IMG/VR virus record: IMGVR_UViG_3300011335_000448
Coordinates: 1-26,455 of that record
Source: a virus
Lineage: Duplodnaviria; Caudoviricetes
Direction: 5' to 3' (one strand)
Length of the DNA: 26,455 bases
The first letter of the stretch is position 1. Each line of letters opens with the position of its first letter. This document shows positions 24,101 to 26,455 of the stretch, in pieces. The translations under genes were made by a program, and so were the position numbers. The notes under the pieces were generated by a model. It was not told the origin of the DNA. It was given only the letters and a program-made list of their open reading frames with translations, and made no database searches.

Positions 24101-24932
24101 CACCACCATTGACAGCAACGTCACCTGTGGTTGTTAAACTAGCAAATGTTGGTGTGCTAGTTGTAGCAATGCTTTGTGGTGTGCTTAATGTAACAGCACC
24201 TGTGCTTGCACTGGCAATAACCTGATTGGCTGTGCCTGTAATACTGGTTACGCCTGCTGAACCAGGACTGCTATTGGTAATAGTAATTGTGTTGGCATCA
24301 GTTCTTGTCACTGTGATACCAGTGCCTTCGGCAAATTTAACTGTGTCTGTGCTGGCATCACTGCCAGTTAGGTTTAAGTTGGCGCCACCTGTTGTAGAAC
24401 TAGCATCAATATTATAAGTTGTATTTGTGTCTGTGGCATTTACTGTTACAGCACCTGTTGCACCACTGACCGTTACGTTTGTGCCTGCTACAATACTGGT
24501 AACACCTGTGTTGCTGACTACAACTGCACCAGTTGTTGGGCTAACACTGATACCTGCACCACTGCCTGTGACACTGTTTACAAGACCCAGTCCACTGACT
24601 GATGTCCAGGACGTAGCACCACCGCCATTGGTAGTCAATACTTGTCCAGCACTGCCCACTGCATTTGCCAGTGTGTAATATGCGTTGCTTAAATTTCCTG
24701 TTGCTGTAACGTTGGCAAATGTTACATTACTGGCAGTGCTAACAGCCTGTCCAATACTAACTACAACATTACCTGTTGTTGGATTTACTGTTACACCAGT
24801 GCCACCACTGACACTGGAAACAGCACTGCTGACCACACCTGTGGTAAAGTCTGTGGTGTTACTGTATAAACTGGTTAAATTGGTAGTTGATACCGTGCCT
24901 GTTTCAGGTGTTGTTTCATATAAACTTGGCAT
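21186..24932 (-). CDS. Long modular tail fibre/receptor-binding protein (1248 aa)
   Basis: Gly/Thr/Ser-rich V(S/T)S(V/I)xxGxG repeats, repeated RWN...W/F modules, C-terminal C1q/TNF-like jelly-roll pattern (GFYNLQFSVQL...WWRKNG...DYFELM). Confidence 0.85.
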   Translation of the reverse strand: MPSLYETTPETGTVSTTNLTSLYSNTTDFTTGVVSSAVSSVSGGTGVTVNPTTGNVVVSIGQAVSTASNVTFANVTATGNLSNAYYTLANAVGSAGQVLTTNGGGATSWTSVSGLGLVNSVTGSGAGISVSPTTGAVVVSNTGVTSIVAGTNVTVSGATGAVTVNATDTNTTYNIDASSTTGGANLNLTGSDASTDTVKFAEGTGITVTRTDANTITITNSSPGSAGVTSITGTANQVIASASTGAVTLSTPQSIATTSTPTFASLTTTGDVAVNGGDLTTTQTTASVFNTTATTVNAFGAATTLNLGAAFPGITTIKGDGVVDGDFTVNADIIIINGDKTNLPVYLNFGRVAPNNNAAIRWNNSTNKFEFSADSSTWSPFVQTLDDLSDVVITTPGQGNLFYYNGTNFVNSSTIATSVGGNRPVFQYDNTGAGINSVLTMRKNRGATPFADGDGPGFKFEVDSDSQAANEFALISGTYNSTQPSINFSTSIDDGANYITNMTTGNFGVDVWQSELSLNRAQSGVPALDAYITADRGSSANVSLRWNETTDRWQFTNDGTTFYDMADNSGHIFGNVTVGVDTAQTISTTSGNLVLQTAAGVNAGTMTLTAGANGNLTLAPNGTGSVALTLANGGNLTNTRNYVQGAIRNSTSAAAGDIWTFGPGGSGYRGISLDNSADTTKGPETLARSFSGGAVNGNAVRPRVVLEKARGTSASPTAVQSADQLGSVEATGYTSTGWVADLVAAPTGTQVFTASENWVGTTNLGTQYTLALAPTATTITSGASLTPVILVNPQGLSLRSDAFAIAKGKTSAFTATGSSISGTTLTIGTVTSGTVAVGQLLTGANITSFGVYIVRNLTGSGSGSTWTVSQTVTAASGTITGAAGFVGSDGTTLDALATPRLLTNVIKNSGGSDVVTMTSGNTNTTVNTTLLSLFNPTTQTTYGGASNMLINAGNPAAAGFNDRISQLRVQTATTSGSEASTITFNTGNYNTGTNVFSATQSGDYLGEFFFAGNYGTTSAFTTLGPSVRFRATAAENFTATNSGGAFAINLDKIGGSTPYDAISINSSNAVIASDALALNDNTGTGLVGSSKISYNRVYGQWQYDATITPAAANTAYAFQWQGGSAVTDYANIASATNTSRIQPNAVGFYNLQFSVQLSNTDNAADHTAYIWWRKNGTDIAGSMGRVYVTKQHQTISAWNNLVQATASTDYFELMYAVDNVALVFPYFAATAFGPSTAAAFISLTPVGA

Positions 24933-24941
24933 GTTTTGTCC

Positions 24942-26141
24942 TTATCTAATATTGTATTGGCGATAAACTCTGGGCTGCCATACTGAAGTCAATTTAGTAT
25001 GACCTCCACTCCATTTACCTAGGTTGTTTTGATCCTCTACAATATTATAAGCATTTTCATACTTTTGACTGTATATTTGAGCATCTTGTTCATTGTGTCT
25101 TTTAATGTAATATTCACGCAGTGTAGCATATACATAACCTTCTGGCCAAGTATTCAATACAGCATTACTTTGAACTGTTTGATTAGTTAACGTAATGTCT
25201 GTTACCGTGCCTGCTGTGGGTGTTGTGCCACCTGTGGCAGTAAAGGTAATACCTGTGCTGCCTATTAAACTTGCCACTGTGTATACGCCGGCGCCACCAC
25301 CTAGGCTACCTGTGCCTGCTGTGGCAATTATTGTATTGCCCACTGCCAATCCTGCATTGCTAACCATGCCTGATATAGTTGCAGTCCAGGGACCACTGCC
25401 ACTGATACTGCCCACTGTGCCTGTTGCACTGATAACAGTATTTTGAACAGGACTAAACAACAATGGCCATGCTTTGTAATAATACATGTTAATGGCAGTG
25501 CCTTGTCCAATCAATGGTAAGAATTGATATTGATTATAAACTTCACTGAACTTACCACGGATAACCTGTGGCACGTTGTATGGTTGCATGTATAACTGTG
25601 CTAACATGCCCTGACTGATAATGTCTCTGTCACCAATGCGATCATAGACTAACCAAGGACCATTGCCTGTAGTGCCACCCGCTGGTGTTGAAAATGTTAT
25701 TGTGCCACTGACAGTGGTGGTATTGGCTAAACTTAGTCCTACTGTGCTGCCACCTGTGTAAGTAGTAATAGTGGCTCCTGTGGCAATACCTGTGCCTGTG
25801 ACAATCATACCAGTGGACAAGTTTTGTCCCGGAGTAGATATTAGTGTTATTACGTATTCACCAGTGTTTCCTGATGCTGTGGCAGAAGTTGTTACTTGAT
25901 TGCCCTGTCTAAAAAATACAATGGGCTTGTTCATGTCACCGGGAATGTCAATACGTCCGTTTTCATCGGCTATGCCAATGTTTTCTACTGCATAAGGGTC
26001 ACTGCGTAATGCTGGTAATTCAATGTTACGCATTGATAACTCAGCCATAAAGATACATTTCTTTATTTCTTCATCATTGGTGCTGCCTGTGAAATCTTGA
26101 ACAAACGTTACTAGGTCATCGGCTGTGGGTATTACAAACAT
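24942..26141 (-). CDS. Putative head-tail adaptor with two inserted Gly/Thr-rich beta modules
   Basis: Helical N-terminus (IKKCIFMAELSMRN) and C-terminus (NAVLNTWPEGYVYATLREYY) typical of podovirus adaptors. Confidence 0.68.
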   Translation of the reverse strand: MFVIPTADDLVTFVQDFTGSTNDEEIKKCIFMAELSMRNIELPALRSDPYAVENIGIADENGRIDIPGDMNKPIVFFRQGNQVTTSATASGNTGEYVITLISTPGQNLSTGMIVTGTGIATGATITTYTGGSTVGLSLANTTTVSGTITFSTPAGGTTGNGPWLVYDRIGDRDIISQGMLAQLYMQPYNVPQVIRGKFSEVYNQYQFLPLIGQGTAINMYYYKAWPLLFSPVQNTVISATGTVGSISGSGPWTATISGMVSNAGLAVGNTIIATAGTGSLGGGAGVYTVASLIGSTGITFTATGGTTPTAGTVTDITLTNQTVQSNAVLNTWPEGYVYATLREYYIKRHNEQDAQIYSQKYENAYNIVEDQNNLGKWSGGHTKLTSVWQPRVYRQYNIR

Positions 26142-26144
26142 TTT

Positions 26145-26455
26145 TTATATTCCTTTGAAGAATCGTTGTTGTCCCTGTTTTGTGGGATAGGGAACAGCAA
26201 TGGGTATGGGTAGTTTGCCACCGGGATAGCAAACAAACTGTGGATATTCTGTTTCCACAACTCGGTAAAACTGTGCTTTTAATGTGCGATCATGTTTAAG
26301 TGTATGCCAGGGCATGCCACCAAAATAGTCATCACTGATTTTGATAGCAACTACATTGGGTAGATCCATCCATTTCCAACCAATTGTGCCATCAGGCATG
26401 TATGGTCCCAGGGGATCTGCCACACCCTTTTCTGCCATAGTTCTATAGTCTTTGA
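26145..26455 (-). CDS. Hypothetical protein, probably 5'-truncated
   Basis: Frame stays open from ATG 26438 to the window edge. Confidence 0.75.
   Translation of the reverse strand, partial: KDYRTMAEKGVADPLGPYMPDGTIGWKWMDLPNVVAIKISDDYFGGMPWHTLKHDRTLKAQFYRVVETEYPQFVCYPGGKLPIPIAVPYPTKQGQQRFFKGI

Noticed and set aside
2173-25510. Numerous + strand and nested - strand ORFs of 60-160 aa
   Set aside because: Antisense or frame shadows of long genes with no evident RBS or motifs; only 5419-5934 is a credible + strand gene.
1-26455. Stop-codon reassignment, tRNA genes, integrase or IS elements
   Set aside because: Genes tile densely in the standard code, and no tRNA cloverleaf or recombinase/transposase motif was recognised by eye.

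Overview
This window is about 26.5 kb of a tailed dsDNA phage with a P22-like (podovirus-type) virion gene set, almost entirely on the - strand. Reading right to left in transcription order: head-tail adaptor, long tail fibre, XhlA/holin-like membrane protein, a 580-bp regulatory hub, ParB-like protein, SF2 origin-binding-type helicase followed by an inverted repeat, tail hub protein, DNA-ejection proteins (one with a lytic-transglycosylase domain), Dps, an oppositely oriented GNAT-like gene, small terminase, several disordered proteins, and the large terminase (runs off the left edge and is missing from the ORF track). The most striking signal is a TAAATA motif in sense orientation in 9 of the 11 non-convergent intergenic gaps of 19 bp or more. 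Four copies lie exactly 5 nt upstream of an ATG, which is the geometry of T4-type (gp55) late promoters. No sigma factor, RNA polymerase, DNA polymerase or clamp gene is visible. Only two sigma70 promoters were found, both in the hub upstream of the ParB-like gene. A structured small RNA with anti-Shine-Dalgarno segments sits behind one TAAATA motif. Working hypothesis (inference only): a self-encapsidating small phage that parasitises the late transcription and replication machinery of a large T4-like phage, analogous to a virophage. All protein calls come from motif recognition by eye; no searches were run and the rest of the genome is unseen.
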